From Eubacteriales bacterium (GTDB taxonomy: Bacteria > Bacillota > Clostridia > Oscillospirales > CAG-272), in the NCBI GenBank assembly GCA_045126855.1, contig JBGVPG010000024.1, positions 47,467-111,466 of the forward strand: a DNA stretch of 64,000 nucleotides, in the 5' to 3' direction. Made by a program: the position numbers and the translations under genes. The notes under the pieces were generated by a model. It was not told where the DNA came from. It saw only the letters and a list, made by a program, of their open reading frames with translations, and did not search any database. Shown piece by piece: positions 44,850 to 55,529 of the stretch (position 1 is its first letter; each line of letters starts with the position of its first letter).

Positions 44850-47246
44850 ATGTTATTTACAGCAAAAACACTTTCCACCTTGGAATATGACAAAATAATA
44901 AATATGCTTGTGGATTGCGCTTCGACCGAGGGCGCAAAGGCCAGGGCGATGAGTCTTTCTCCCTCTGATGATTACGAGACGATTCTCGCAAGGCAGAGAA
45001 GGACGGACGATGCTAAAAGATTAATAAACACCAAGGGCTATCCCTCATTCACGGCACACGATCGAGTTGTTTCGGCAGCCGACAGAGCATATAAGGGCGC
45101 AATACTTTCACCCCAGGAGCTTCTTGAAATTGCTGCATTGCTTAGATCGGCAAGGTCGGTCCTTGACTACTCAAGCACCGACAGAACCTTTGAAACAAGC
45201 CTCGACGAATTGTTTACCAGACTTATGCCCCTGCGTGATCTTGAAAATAGAATAACAAGATCTATCATATCCGAGGATCTTATTGCAGACGAGGCAAGCA
45301 CCACGCTTGCGGATATCAGGCGTAAAATTCGGCTTACAAACAATAAAATTAAGGACACCCTTCAAAGCTACGTTGGAGGTGCTAGACTAAAATATCTTCA
45401 GGAAAATCTTGTTACTATGCGTAACGGCAGATACGTTGTTCCTGTCAAGGCTGAGTATAGAAACGAAATCAAGGGTCTTGTGCATGATACGTCATCATCG
45501 GGAGCAACCCTTTTCGTTGAGCCCATCAGCGTCGTTGAGGCGAATAACGAGCTTAAAACACTCGCTGCCGAGGAGGATAGGGAAATTGAGCGCATCCTTG
45601 CCTCTCTATCTGCAGATTGCGGAGACGCGTCCTCGGTTATCTCGATCAACTATCACAGTATTACCGAGCTTGCTTTTTATTACGCCTGCGCAACTCTTGC
45701 CATTCAAATGAAGGCAGAGATGCCGAACATTGTAAATGAACAGTTCATTGATCTTAAAAGAGCAAGGCATCCGCTGATTGACCGCGATAAGGTTGTTCCT
45801 ATTAACGTTACGATTGGCGGAGAATATAATACGCTGATTATTACAGGTCCTAATACGGGCGGAAAAACCGTAACTCTTAAAACGCTTGGATTGTTTTCTC
45901 TGATGGCGCAATCGGGTCTGCAGATTCCAGCGCTTGAAAGCTCCACAGTTGGTGTTTTTGGTCAGATTTTAGTTGATATTGGCGATGAGCAGAGCATAGA
46001 GGCATCGCTTTCCACTTTCTCGTCTCATATGGTAAATGTCGCTGATATTCTAAAGAAGGTTAGTGACAGGTCGCTTGTTCTTTTTGATGAGCTTGGATCG
46101 GGAACAGACCCTATTGAAGGCGCAGCTCTTGCAATCTCAATTCTCGAGCACACGGCAAAATGTAAAGCACTTACGGCTGCAACAACGCATTATGCAGAAC
46201 TGAAGGTTTACGCTCTAGAGACAGAGGGCGTGCAGAATGCATCATGTGAGTTTGATGTTGATACGCTTAGACCGACCTATAAGCTGATTATCGGTACGCC
46301 TGGAAAATCAAACGCTTTCGCAATATCCGAGAAGCTCGGTATTTCTGATGAAATAATTTCTCGTGCAAGCCAGCTCATTAAGCGTGAAAATAAGAATTTT
46401 GAGGACGTTATCGAGAGGCTTGATACCAATCGAATCGAGATGGAAAAGGCTCGTGAAGAAGCAGAAAAACTTCGCCTTGATTACGAAGCCTTTAAGAAAA
46501 ATGCCGAAGATGAACTGAAGCGGAAGATAGCTCTCGGCGAAGAAGAAATCGAAAAAAAGACACTTAAAGCAAGGCAGATTCTTGAAAGCGCAAGGGCATC
46601 GAGCGAATTCATCTTCCGCCAGCTTGAGGATATCAGAAAAGCCGAGGATAAGGACAAGCGCAATGAAATGATGCAGGCTGCTCGTGATGAAATGAGAAAA
46701 AGAATGCGCGAGAGCGAGTCGCTTATGCAGGGCATCGATATTCGGGAAATTGCTAACGACGAAAACTACAAGTTACCTCGTCCTCTGAAGGTTGGAGACA
46801 AGGTTTTCCTTACAACCATCAATAAGGAAGGCGTTGTTACCGCCCTTGCCGATAAGAAGGGACAGATCTCTGTTACCTCAGGTATACTTAAAACTAAGGT
46901 TTCCGAGGATAAGCTCAGGCTTCTGGATGGTAGCATTAGATATGTTTCGGATACGCCAAGGGTAAGCGAAGGTAAAGTGAAAAAAACTATTACCTCTACC
47001 TTTAAGCCTGAAATTGACGTCAGAGGTATGATTGGCGACGACGCATGTTTTGTCGTTGATAAATATATTGATGATGCTGTGCTTGCAGGTATGCCCACAA
47101 TCCGCATCATTCACGGAAAGGGAACCGGTGCTCTTCGCGCCGCCCTTTGGAAATACTTTAAGAGCGATAAACGCATTAAGTCTTACCGTCACGGAGAATA
47201 CGGTGAGGGCGATGCAGGTGTTACTGTTCTTACACTTGGAAAATAA
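44850..47246 (+). CDS. mutS2: endonuclease MutS2
   Basis: Walker A motif ITGPNTGGKT and a C-terminal Smr domain (IIHGKGTGALR). I prefer the ATG at 44850 with RBS GGAG over the TTG at 44838. Confidence 0.9.
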   Translation: MLFTAKTLSTLEYDKIINMLVDCASTEGAKARAMSLSPSDDYETILARQRRTDDAKRLINTKGYPSFTAHDRVVSAADRAYKGAILSPQELLEIAALLRSARSVLDYSSTDRTFETSLDELFTRLMPLRDLENRITRSIISEDLIADEASTTLADIRRKIRLTNNKIKDTLQSYVGGARLKYLQENLVTMRNGRYVVPVKAEYRNEIKGLVHDTSSSGATLFVEPISVVEANNELKTLAAEEDREIERILASLSADCGDASSVISINYHSITELAFYYACATLAIQMKAEMPNIVNEQFIDLKRARHPLIDRDKVVPINVTIGGEYNTLIITGPNTGGKTVTLKTLGLFSLMAQSGLQIPALESSTVGVFGQILVDIGDEQSIEASLSTFSSHMVNVADILKKVSDRSLVLFDELGSGTDPIEGAALAISILEHTAKCKALTAATTHYAELKVYALETEGVQNASCEFDVDTLRPTYKLIIGTPGKSNAFAISEKLGISDEIISRASQLIKRENKNFEDVIERLDTNRIEMEKAREEAEKLRLDYEAFKKNAEDELKRKIALGEEEIEKKTLKARQILESARASSEFIFRQLEDIRKAEDKDKRNEMMQAARDEMRKRMRESESLMQGIDIREIANDENYKLPRPLKVGDKVFLTTINKEGVVTALADKKGQISVTSGILKTKVSEDKLRLLDGSIRYVSDTPRVSEGKVKKTITSTFKPEIDVRGMIGDDACFVVDKYIDDAVLAGMPTIRIIHGKGTGALRAALWKYFKSDKRIKSYRHGEYGEGDAGVTVLTLGK

Positions 47247-47257
47247 CGGAGGGAATA

Positions 47258-48406
47258 ATGAATTTTGAAAAGTTAAAGGATTTTCTTGATTACTATCTGC
47301 CGATGCTCGGTGTTCCGGGCTCGGATACAGTAATTTATCAGAATCACGAAGAGATCTTCCGCCATCAGAGTGGATTTGATAATCTTAAATACCGTACCCC
47401 CGTGCGACCTGATTCAATATACACAATTTATTCTTGTACTAAGATTGCTACTTGTGTTGCTGCACTTCAGTTGATTGAACGTGGCGAGATACTCATAAAT
47501 GATCCTCTTCACGTTTATTTCCCCGAATTTAAGAATCTGACTGTTGCTCGTAAAGGTGCCGACGGAAAAATAAGAACCGAAAAGGTAAAGAAATCAATTC
47601 TTATTCGAGATCTTTTCTCTATGACGTCAGGTTTAGATTATAATATCAGACGCTCGGGAATTGAAAGAGTTAAGCAGGAAACCGAAGGAAAATGTCCTAC
47701 GTTAAGCATTGTACGTGCGCTTGCTGACGATCCGCTTCTCTTTGAACCGGGAGAAAGATATAATTATGGACTTTCTCATGATGTTCTAGGTGGAATTGTT
47801 GAGCTCATTTCAGGTATGAAGCTCGGTGATTATATGAAGAAGCACATATTCGAGCCCCTTGGAATGAAGGACACAACCTTTGACATAACCCCCCAGACTT
47901 ATGAGCGTTTAGCCTGTCAGTATGACTATGATTCTGTTGGAAGATGTGCTATTGAGGTGCTGAAGGACTCTAACGTTTTTCGCTTCGGTCCTGAATATCA
48001 AAGCGGAGGCGCAGGCCTTCTTTCCACCGTTGATGATTTTATCTTGTTAACAGATGCCCTTGCAAACGGAGGAGTGGGGAAAAACGGAAATAGAATTTTG
48101 TCGTCTGCATCGGTAAAGCTTCTTACATCTTCCTCCCTTACAAAGGAGCAGTTGTCTTACTTTGAGTATTCACATAATATTGGATATGACTACGGACTCG
48201 GTGTACGCATTATGCGTGATCCTGCAAAGGCGGGAAGCCTTATTCCTAAGGGTGCTTTCGGCTGGGACGGAAAGAAAATGTGCCTTTCTGTAAGTGACCC
48301 GGAGAATAAGATAGCAATCTTCCATGCTGAAAGCATTGACGGAATGAACGCCATTGTTATTCCAAGACTTCTTAACGTGATATATTCCTGTATTGAGGGT
48401 AAATGA
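47258..48406 (+). CDS. serine hydrolase of the beta-lactamase (class C-like) family
   Basis: 382 aa. The SxxK motif is YSCTK. RBS is GGAGGG. Confidence 0.7.
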   Translation: MNFEKLKDFLDYYLPMLGVPGSDTVIYQNHEEIFRHQSGFDNLKYRTPVRPDSIYTIYSCTKIATCVAALQLIERGEILINDPLHVYFPEFKNLTVARKGADGKIRTEKVKKSILIRDLFSMTSGLDYNIRRSGIERVKQETEGKCPTLSIVRALADDPLLFEPGERYNYGLSHDVLGGIVELISGMKLGDYMKKHIFEPLGMKDTTFDITPQTYERLACQYDYDSVGRCAIEVLKDSNVFRFGPEYQSGGAGLLSTVDDFILLTDALANGGVGKNGNRILSSASVKLLTSSSLTKEQLSYFEYSHNIGYDYGLGVRIMRDPAKAGSLIPKGAFGWDGKKMCLSVSDPENKIAIFHAESIDGMNAIVIPRLLNVIYSCIEGK

Positions 48407-48437
48407 TCTTAACATTGACAATTTAGGAGGTTGGTAA

Positions 48438-49409
48438 ATGAAAAAATTTGTTTTTTCCGTTTTAGTAGCGTTGCCTCTTATGCTGTTTATTTCCTGTTCT
48501 TCTATCGGTAATGAAGAAAGAATTCACGAAGTAAGTGAAGATTTTTGCATTACCATAATTGACGTTGGCGTCGAAAATATTACCTTTGTTCCTTCTGTAG
48601 ATGGAAAATGCAAGGTAGTATGCTATGCAGAAAACAAACTTGAGCATTTGGTTAAAGTCTACGACGGAAAGCTTAAGATTGAATCGGATGATAGAAGAAA
48701 TTGGGTAGAGAAGTTCTTTGCTTTTTGCACAGAGGAAAATAGTATTACAGTGTACTTACCTACCGATATAGAAACGTCACTTTTAGTGACCGGTGATACC
48801 GGAGATATAATAATACCCGCGGGTTTTACATTTGATCATATTAACATCAGTCTTGATACGGGAAACGTGGTTTGTAACGCTTCTGCTAAGCATCAGATCG
48901 TCATTAAGTCTGATACAGGGGATGTTCAAATCAATGATTGCACAGCAGAAGATGTTAAGCTTGAAACGGCCACTGGAAATATTGCGATATACAATAGTGA
49001 ATGCAAAACGTTCTCTGCAATAACCGATACCGGCGATATTACGGCTTCGAATATAAACTGTGGAAATGACTTTGTGACCGCTGTAGATACAGGCAATCTT
49101 GATTTATCTGACGTTACATGCAAGAGCTTTGCTTCCAACGGAGATTCGGGAGATGTTAAGCTCGTATCCGTTCTTGCCGAGGAATTGTTAACTATTAATA
49201 GATCTACGGGTGATATTTCCTTCGAGAGATGCGATGGAACCGAGGTAAAGATTACAACCGACACAGGAGACGTACGCGGTAGCTTTCTGACGGACAAGAT
49301 CGTTTATGCTTCAACGGATACTGGAAGAGTGCAAATACCCCACTCGACCGTCGGAGCGCTATGCGAAATCAATACCGATACCGGAAATATCATTATAACA
49401 TTTGAATAA
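48438..49409 (+). CDS. lipoprotein with DUF4097-like beta-strand repeats
   Basis: The lipobox is FISCSS. The motif (D/T)TG(D/N)(I/V) is repeated at least 10 times. Confidence 0.55.
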   Translation: MKKFVFSVLVALPLMLFISCSSIGNEERIHEVSEDFCITIIDVGVENITFVPSVDGKCKVVCYAENKLEHLVKVYDGKLKIESDDRRNWVEKFFAFCTEENSITVYLPTDIETSLLVTGDTGDIIIPAGFTFDHINISLDTGNVVCNASAKHQIVIKSDTGDVQINDCTAEDVKLETATGNIAIYNSECKTFSAITDTGDITASNINCGNDFVTAVDTGNLDLSDVTCKSFASNGDSGDVKLVSVLAEELLTINRSTGDISFERCDGTEVKITTDTGDVRGSFLTDKIVYASTDTGRVQIPHSTVGALCEINTDTGNIIITFE

Positions 49410-49412
49410 AGG

Positions 49413-49445
49413 AAAAAAGCACTTGCAAATGCAAGTGCTTTTTTT
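49413..49445. terminator. terminator after the DUF4097-like gene
   Basis: Hairpin GCACTTGC(aaat)GCAAGTGC is followed by T7, with an A run upstream. Confidence 0.75.
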
Positions 49446-49470
49446 GGTGCCGGTAGTCGGGGTCAGAACC
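49438..49470 (-). repeat. duplicate of the 3' end of tRNA-Leu (acceptor 3' strand, T stem and part of the T loop)
   Basis: cTTTTTTTGGTGCCGGTAGTCGGGGTC at 49438-49464 is identical to 49603-49629. After a 1-nt insertion, GAACC also matches, and the sequences then diverge. Confidence 0.85.
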
Positions 49471-49609
49471 TGGTTTTCGCAGGTGTATCTACCGATTTGA
49501 TGTATGATGGGCGAAAACCATATTATTTTCTGGCGAAAATAAGCGGCTCGACCCGATAAAACAACATTAAAAAAGAGAAAACAGACACAAGGCCTATTTC
49601 CTCTTTTTT

Positions 49610-49696
49610 TGGTGCCGGTAGTCGGGGTCGAACCGACACGGTATTGCTACCTTCGGATTTTGAGTCCGACGCGTCTGCCAATTCCACCATACCGGC
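49610..49696 (-). tRNA. tRNA-Leu(CAA), class II, CCA encoded
   Basis: The minus strand has GCCGGTA...TCGGA-CTCAAAA-TCCGA...GTCGG-TTCGACC-CCGAC-TACCGGC-A-CCA. The upstream promoter reads TTGATT-17-TATAAT. Confidence 0.95.
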
Positions 49697-49867
49697 AAAT
49701 GGTGCAACCCTTGGTCGCAGGAAGTATTATATCATAAAGAAAGGAAAAAATCAATACGTTTCTAAAAAAAATATCACTAGGCAAAATATTTGTTTTTACC
49801 CCTTGAAATTTAAATAAATATATATTATAATATGATTGATAAACTATGTATATAGGAGAAAAGGAAA

Positions 49868-50116
49868 ATGGCAAATCGAATTGAATATAATACAAAGGGT
49901 GTTTGCTCGAGAAAGATCATAGTAGAGACCAGCGATGGCGTAATTACCGATTGTAAATTTATCGGCGGATGCGCAGGCAACACCCAGGGCGTTGCAGCTC
50001 TTGTTGTTGGCATGAAGGTTGAGGACGCTATCAAAAAGATCAAGGGAATTAAGTGTGGATTTAAGGGCACATCCTGTCCCGATCAGCTTGCAATTGCTCT
50101 CGAAGAATCGCTCTGA
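49868..50116 (+). CDS. small TSCPD-domain protein (TIGR03905-like)
   Basis: 82 aa with F.GGC.GN..G...L..G..V...I....GI.C.....SCPDQLA. Confidence 0.65.
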   Translation: MANRIEYNTKGVCSRKIIVETSDGVITDCKFIGGCAGNTQGVAALVVGMKVEDAIKKIKGIKCGFKGTSCPDQLAIALEESL

Positions 50117-50159
50117 TAAATTAATTTTCAATATAAAACCAGGCAGAAAGGGAATTACT

Positions 50160-51884
50160 ATGTATAACATCGAATATCAAAGATGGCTTGCTTCGTCTGT
50201 ACTTACCGAAAGCGAGCACGCAGAGCTTCTTTCTATCGCAAATAACGAGGAGGCAAAGGCTCTTCGCTTCAGCGCTCCCATGGACTTTGGAACAGCCGGT
50301 CTTAGATCAACCATGTACGTGGGTCTTGGTTCTATGAACCGTTATACCGTTGCGCACACAACCCGTGGTATTGCAGCTCTTATCAAAGAGTCCCATGGCG
50401 AAAGCAGAGGCGTTGCAATCGCATTTGACTCCAGAAATAATTCCGAGGACTTCGCTAAAATCAGCGCTTGCGTTCTTGCAGGTGCAGGTATTAAGTCCTT
50501 TATCTTCAATGGCATTCGTCCTACACCCGAGCTTTCCTTTGCTCTTCGTGAACTTGGATGCATTGCCGGTATCAATATTACAGCTTCTCATAACCCCAAG
50601 GAATATAATGGCTACAAGGCGTACTGGGAGGACGGCGCACAGATCGCTCCTGAGCAGGCAAAGATCGTTTCTGCTGAGAGAGCAAAGTTCGACGTTCTTG
50701 ATATGTCTGGAATTATGGGCTTTGACGAGGGCGTGAAATCAGGACTTATCACCATTCTCGATGAGAAGTTCGATGAGAAATATCTTGACGCTGTAATTGC
50801 TACCGCTGTTAATACGAACGCTGTTAAGGACGTTGCTGATGAGCTTAAGGTTGTGTATACTCCTCTTCACGGTGCAGGATACAGACTTGTTCCCGAGGTA
50901 TTCAAGCGTGTTGGCCTCAAGTATCTCTATACCGTTGACGAGCAGATGATTCCCGACGGTAATTTCCCCACGGTTGAAAAGCCCAACCCGGAATATCCCG
51001 CCGTATTTAAGCTTGGTATTGATATTGCGAATAACGTAGGCTCCGACCTTATTATTGCTACCGACCCCGACTCCGATCGTGTTGGCGTTATGGCAAGAAC
51101 CTCCTCCGGCGAATTTGCAACCATTTCAGGAAACCAGATGGGCGCACTTCTTCTTGATTATGTAATCAAGGCACGCCGTGATCTCGGTATTCTTCCCGAG
51201 GGCGCATACTGTGTAAAGAGTCTTGTTTCTACAGACATGGCATACAAGATTGCTAAGGATAACGGTGTCAAGCTTCACGACGTTCTGACAGGCTTTAAGT
51301 TTATTGGTGAGGTTATTAAGAATTACGAGGCAGAGGGTAAGTTCGGCGGCTTCCTTCTTGGCTTTGAGGAGAGCTACGGATACCTTCTTGGCTCTTATGC
51401 CAGAGACAAGGACGCTGTTGAAGGCTCCATGATGATTCTTGAGATGACCGCATACTACAAGGCAAAGGGAATGACCCTTTCTGATGCTCTTGAGCAGCTA
51501 TATAAGACCTATGGTCTCTATGCCGAAAAGACTATCGACATTTATATGGAGGGTCTTGACGGTATTGCTAACAGAAAGAAGGTTATGCAGGGACTTCGTG
51601 ATAATCCTCCTGCAATTATTGGTGGTATTAATGTTAAGACCGCCGGCGATTATAAGAGCGGTGAAGTTCGTGATCTTCAGACAGATGCTGTTTCTTCCAC
51701 CGGCCAGCCTTCCTCTGACGTTCTCTATTACACCCTTGTAAATGAAGACAAGATTATCGTTCGTCCTTCGGGAACCGAGCCTAAGATTAAGATCTACGTT
51801 CTTGCTCATGACGAGGATAAGGGCGCTCTTGATGCGAAGCTTAATGCATACGAAATAGATTCAAGAAAGATGACAGAGGTTTAA
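50160..51884 (+). CDS. phospho-sugar mutase (phosphoglucomutase/phosphomannomutase family)
   Basis: The active-site motif is [14 protein letters not shown]. The metal loop is ATDPDSDR. The ORF extension to 50019 overlaps the TSCPD gene and was rejected. Confidence 0.9.
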   Translation: MYNIEYQRWLASSVLTESEHAELLSIANNEEAKALRFSAPMDFGTAGLRSTMYVGLGSMNRYTVAHTTRGIAALIKESHGESRGVAIAFDSRNNSEDFAKISACVLAGAGIKSFIFNGIRPTPELSFALRELGCIAGINITASHNPKEYNGYKAYWEDGAQIAPEQAKIVSAERAKFDVLDMSGIMGFDEGVKSGLITILDEKFDEKYLDAVIATAVNTNAVKDVADELKVVYTPLHGAGYRLVPEVFKRVGLKYLYTVDEQMIPDGNFPTVEKPNPEYPAVFKLGIDIANNVGSDLIIATDPDSDRVGVMARTSSGEFATISGNQMGALLLDYVIKARRDLGILPEGAYCVKSLVSTDMAYKIAKDNGVKLHDVLTGFKFIGEVIKNYEAEGKFGGFLLGFEESYGYLLGSYARDKDAVEGSMMILEMTAYYKAKGMTLSDALEQLYKTYGLYAEKTIDIYMEGLDGIANRKKVMQGLRDNPPAIIGGINVKTAGDYKSGEVRDLQTDAVSSTGQPSSDVLYYTLVNEDKIIVRPSGTEPKIKIYVLAHDEDKGALDAKLNAYEIDSRKMTEV

Positions 51885-51900
51885 GCCTCAGGACACAAAA

Positions 51901-53715
51901 GTGACAGATAAACAACAACATATTAGGAATTTTTCCATTATTGCCCACATAGATCATGGAAAGTCAACCCTTGCTGACAGAATTCTTGAAAAGACAAGAA
52001 CGGTTGAGACCCGTGACATGGAAGAGCAGCTGCTTGATAATATGGATCTCGAGCGTGAGCGCGGAATTACCATTAAGGCGAGAGCAGTAAGACTTTCCTA
52101 CAAGGCAAAGAATGGGGAAGAATACATCTACAATTTAATCGATACACCCGGTCACGTCGACTTTGGTTACGAGGTTTCTCGCTCGCTCAAGGCTTGCGAG
52201 GGCGCGTTGCTTGTGGTTGATGCGACCCAGGGCGTTGAGGCACAGACTCTTGCAAATGCTTATCTTGCAATAGATAACGACCTTGAAATTTTGCCCGTTA
52301 TCAATAAAATCGACCTTGCATCTGCAGATATTGCAGGCGCTAGACGTGAGATTGAGGATATCATCGGCATTCCTGCCGATGATTGCCCTGCGGTATCGGC
52401 AAAGAACGGTCTCAATATAGAAGACGTTCTTGAGAAGATCGTTACAGACATTCCGGCACCTAAAGGTGATAGCGAAAAGCCTCTTAAGGCATTGATTTTT
52501 GACTCGCATTACGATTCCTATCTCGGCGTTGTCGTATATATTCGTATTTTTGACGGAGCTATACGAGCAGGTGACAGGATTCGTCTTATGGCGCAGGGAA
52601 CAGAGTTCGACGTAGTTGAAGTAGGTACGATGGAGCCTTTTGGCCTGAAAAAGGCGGAGTCTCTTTCTGCCGGTGAGGTTGGATACATTACTGCGTCTAT
52701 AAAAACTATTGGTGAAACCAGGGTTGGAGATACCGTTACTTTGGCAGGTTATCCCGCGGCAGAACCCCTTGACGGTTTCCGTGACGTTCATCCTATGGTT
52801 TATTCAGGTATATATCCTGCTGATGGTGCAAGGTACGGTGACCTTCGTGATGCACTAGAGAAGTTGCAGCTGAATGATGCCTCTCTCGTATTTGAGCCTG
52901 AGACATCGGTTGCTCTTGGATTTGGATTCCGTTGCGGTTTCCTTGGTCTTCTTCATATGGAGATTATTGAGGAGAGATTGGAGCGTGAGTTCAACCTCGA
53001 TCTTATTACAACGGCTCCGTCGGTTATCTATAAGGTTGATCTGAGGGATGGTCAGACCATTATGATCGATAATCCCTCAAAATTCCCAACTCCGGACGAA
53101 ATACAGACGGCATATGAGCCTATTATGAAATCCACCATTATCAGCCCGACCGACTACGTTGGTGGTATTATGGATCTTTGTCAGGAGAGACGCGGCGTAT
53201 TTATTGATATGAAATATCTCGATACAGAGCGTGTTGAGCTTCATTATGAGCTTCCGCTTAACGAGATAATTTATGATTTCTTTGATGCACTTAAGAGCCG
53301 TACAAAAGGATATGCTTCGCTTGATTATGAATTGAAGGGTTATAAGCAGTCAAAGCTTGTTAAGCTTGACTTTATGCTTAATGGCGAGGTAGTGGATGCC
53401 CTTTCCTTTATCGTTTTCGAGGATCGCGCATATGGCAGAGCAAGAAAAATCGCCGAAAAGCTGAAGGAAAATATTCCACGTCAGCTCTTTGAGATTCCGA
53501 TTCAGGCTTGCATTGGCTCTAAGATTATTGCCAGAGAGACTGTAAAGGCGATGCGCAAGGACGTACTTGCAAAGTGCTACGGCGGAGATATTACCAGAAA
53601 GAAAAAGCTGCTTGAAAAGCAGAAGGAAGGTAAGAAGAAGATGCGTAAGCTTGGCAGCGTAGAGGTTACGCCTGAGGCGTTTATGGCAGTTCTCAGACTT
53701 GATGATGACAACTAA
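51901..53715 (+). CDS. lepA: translation elongation factor 4
   Basis: Contains [17 protein letters not shown] and DTPGHVDF, plus a LepA C-terminal domain. GTG start. Confidence 0.95.
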   Translation: MTDKQQHIRNFSIIAHIDHGKSTLADRILEKTRTVETRDMEEQLLDNMDLERERGITIKARAVRLSYKAKNGEEYIYNLIDTPGHVDFGYEVSRSLKACEGALLVVDATQGVEAQTLANAYLAIDNDLEILPVINKIDLASADIAGARREIEDIIGIPADDCPAVSAKNGLNIEDVLEKIVTDIPAPKGDSEKPLKALIFDSHYDSYLGVVVYIRIFDGAIRAGDRIRLMAQGTEFDVVEVGTMEPFGLKKAESLSAGEVGYITASIKTIGETRVGDTVTLAGYPAAEPLDGFRDVHPMVYSGIYPADGARYGDLRDALEKLQLNDASLVFEPETSVALGFGFRCGFLGLLHMEIIEERLEREFNLDLITTAPSVIYKVDLRDGQTIMIDNPSKFPTPDEIQTAYEPIMKSTIISPTDYVGGIMDLCQERRGVFIDMKYLDTERVELHYELPLNEIIYDFFDALKSRTKGYASLDYELKGYKQSKLVKLDFMLNGEVVDALSFIVFEDRAYGRARKIAEKLKENIPRQLFEIPIQACIGSKIIARETVKAMRKDVLAKCYGGDITRKKKLLEKQKEGKKKMRKLGSVEVTPEAFMAVLRLDDDN

Positions 53716-54826
53716 GCCCATCGGTTTATACCTTCATATCCCGTTTTGTGTCAGAAAGTGCAATTATTGCGATTTTTGTTCTTTCGCAATGGGAGATTGT
53801 GATTGGCGAGAAGAGTATATCAATAGCCTCTGCCGTGAAATTGAATGCTATAAAGGGAGAAATATCACTCTCGACAGCATATTCTTTGGCGGAGGCACGC
53901 CGTCCCTTCTTAAAGTTGATGAATTCAAGAGAATAACTGATACAATCAACGATTGCTTTACGGTTGATGCCGATACAGAATTCACTATTGAAGCAAATCC
54001 TAAGACTTTGACAGAAGAAAAGCTTTCATCCTACATTTCCTGCGGAGTAAATCGACTGAGCATTGGACTTCAGTCAATTCACGATAACGAACAGAAAATA
54101 CTAGGCAGAATACATAATTTCGATGATTTCCTTAGGACATACAGCATGGCGATTGACCTTGGAATCAACAATATTAACATTGACCTTATGTATGGCATAC
54201 CTGAGCAGACGATGGAAAGCTTTTCTAAAACCTTGGATGCTGTTACATCACTTTCACCCCATCACATCTCGCTTTACGGCTTAATAATTGAGGAGGGCAC
54301 CCCCTTCTATAATAATCGTTACGACCTCGAACTTCCAAGCGAAGATTCTGAGTGCGATATGTATTATCTTGCAGCTAAAATGCTTCGTGAAAAAGGGTAT
54401 GGGCACTACGAGATTTCAAATTATGCCAGAGAAGGATTTTCATGCCAACACAATCTTAAATATTGGCATGATGAGGAATATATTGGCGTTGGACTTGCTG
54501 CACATTCCTATTTTAACGGGAGAAGATTTGCCAACACCGATAATATTAACGACTATCTGTCAGGAAATTTTGCAAATTATGCTAAAGGCGAGATAATTGA
54601 CGATGAGACTCGTGCTTACGAGTACGTTATGCTTTCTCTTCGCCTTGCCGAGGGGTTTTCGCTTTCTGATTATACTGAAAGATTTGGAGTTGATTTCCGA
54701 TTAGGTAGAGAGGACACTCTTAAAATGCTAATGGATAATGATTTGCTTATCATTAACGGCGACAGATTATCACTTACCGAGAAAGGTATGTACGTCAGCA
54801 ATAATATTTTAAGTGATTTAATTTAA
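53702..54826 (+). CDS. hemW: radical SAM heme chaperone HemW (coproporphyrinogen III oxidase-like)
   Basis: The radical SAM motif is [10 protein letters not shown]. Conserved lepA-hemW order. The start overlaps the lepA end. Confidence 0.85.
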   Translation: MMTTKPIGLYLHIPFCVRKCNYCDFCSFAMGDCDWREEYINSLCREIECYKGRNITLDSIFFGGGTPSLLKVDEFKRITDTINDCFTVDADTEFTIEANPKTLTEEKLSSYISCGVNRLSIGLQSIHDNEQKILGRIHNFDDFLRTYSMAIDLGINNINIDLMYGIPEQTMESFSKTLDAVTSLSPHHISLYGLIIEEGTPFYNNRYDLELPSEDSECDMYYLAAKMLREKGYGHYEISNYAREGFSCQHNLKYWHDEEYIGVGLAAHSYFNGRRFANTDNINDYLSGNFANYAKGEIIDDETRAYEYVMLSLRLAEGFSLSDYTERFGVDFRLGREDTLKMLMDNDLLIINGDRLSLTEKGMYVSNNILSDLI

Positions 54827-54889
54827 GGCACTTGACAAAACAACGAATAAAATATAAAATAAAATAAACAATAAGATTGGAGAATTGAT

Positions 54890-55207
54890 ATGTCCGATAT
54901 GGAAAAGAACCTTAACGAGGAAGAGCTTGTAGACGAGCTCGGCGACATTATTTACACTCTTACTGATGAGGAAACTGGCGAAGAGCTTGATTTTCAGCTT
55001 ATCGCAAGAGCGACTATTGATGACGTTCTTTATTTCGCACTTATTCCTGCTGATGACGAGGAGTGCGAGGAGTACGTTATCCTTCGTGTTACCGAGGATG
55101 GCGAAGATATCGTCCTTGAGTCCATCGATGATGACGATGAGTTCGAGAAGGTAGAGGAGTATTTCAACGATCTTCTCTTTGGTGAGGTTGATTACGACGA
55201 AAATTGA
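54890..55207 (+). CDS. DUF1292-family acidic small protein
   Basis: 105 aa, highly acidic. It has the typical LTDEETGEELDFQLIA...DDV.YFAL.P core. Confidence 0.7.
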   Translation: MSDMEKNLNEEELVDELGDIIYTLTDEETGEELDFQLIARATIDDVLYFALIPADDEECEEYVILRVTEDGEDIVLESIDDDDEFEKVEEYFNDLLFGEVDYDEN

Positions 55208-55211
55208 TTTT

Positions 55212-55432
55212 ATGCCTGCGTGGTGCGTGAATAACGCGATATTTGAACCTACACACAAATTAAGGGAGTCTTGATAACTTCTGGCAACGGGATGCAGGCC
55301 TCCCGCCGAGGGCGCTTATCTTAATTGATGACCCCCTCTAAGCGGACGTTGGAAGCGCAAAGTGGCAGAGAGGACACCCACCTGGTCAGACCGGGTTAAA
55401 GCTTTGCGTTACACGGCCATGCGGGTCTATAA
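55212..55432 (+). ncRNA. unclassified structured RNA element, a candidate riboswitch-like leader of the downstream P-type ATPase
   Basis: An interrupted 18-bp closing helix pairs 55215-55223 with 55417-55425, 55226-55229 with 55412-55415, and 55233-55237 with 55406-55410. Internal helices include 55258-55264 with 55320-55326 and hairpin 55381-55395. The element is visibly GC-rich compared with other intergenic spacers. No ORF is present. Confidence 0.5.
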
Positions 55433-55443
55433 TTTTCAGTAGC

Positions 55444-55481
55444 GAGGAGACCGCCTTTCTGGGCGGTCTTCTCATTTTTTT
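55444..55481 (+). terminator. strong rho-independent terminator between the structured element and the ATPase start
   Basis: Hairpin GAGGAGACCGCC(tttctg)GGCGGTCTTCTC is followed by aTTTTTTT, 49 nt upstream of the ATG at 55530. Confidence 0.8.
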
Positions 55482-55529
55482 GGATGAATTTTCATATAGT
55501 TTAAAGACAAACTCTAAAGGTAGGTTTAT

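Noticed and set aside
48438-49409. Periodic DTGD/DTGN-encoding repeats that might suggest a DNA repeat array.
   Set aside because: These are protein-level beta-strand repeats inside one intact ORF. The nucleotide units are not identical, and there is no spacer/repeat structure typical of CRISPR.
49471-49602. The segment between the tRNA-Leu 3'-end repeats as an integrated mobile element.
   Set aside because: It is only about 138 bp and carries no ORF, integrase or excisionase. I report it only as an att-like scar.
55212-55432. Assigning the structured leader to a known class (M-box, yybP-ykoY Mn2+, TPP, c-di-AMP ydaO, guanidine-I, lysine, cobalamin or 6S RNA).
   Set aside because: Partial resemblances exist, for example TTAAAGCTTTGCG against M-box CTAAAGCTCTACG, and ACCCACCTGGTCAGACC against the TPP ACCTGATCTGG box. 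The other obligatory boxes (GUUAGGUGAGG, GGGGAGUAG, CUGAGA, CAGCUAAC and CUAGGGUUCCG) are absent. The 6S idea fails because the 3' side of the would-be central bubble is about 67 nt and itself folded. I left it unclassified.
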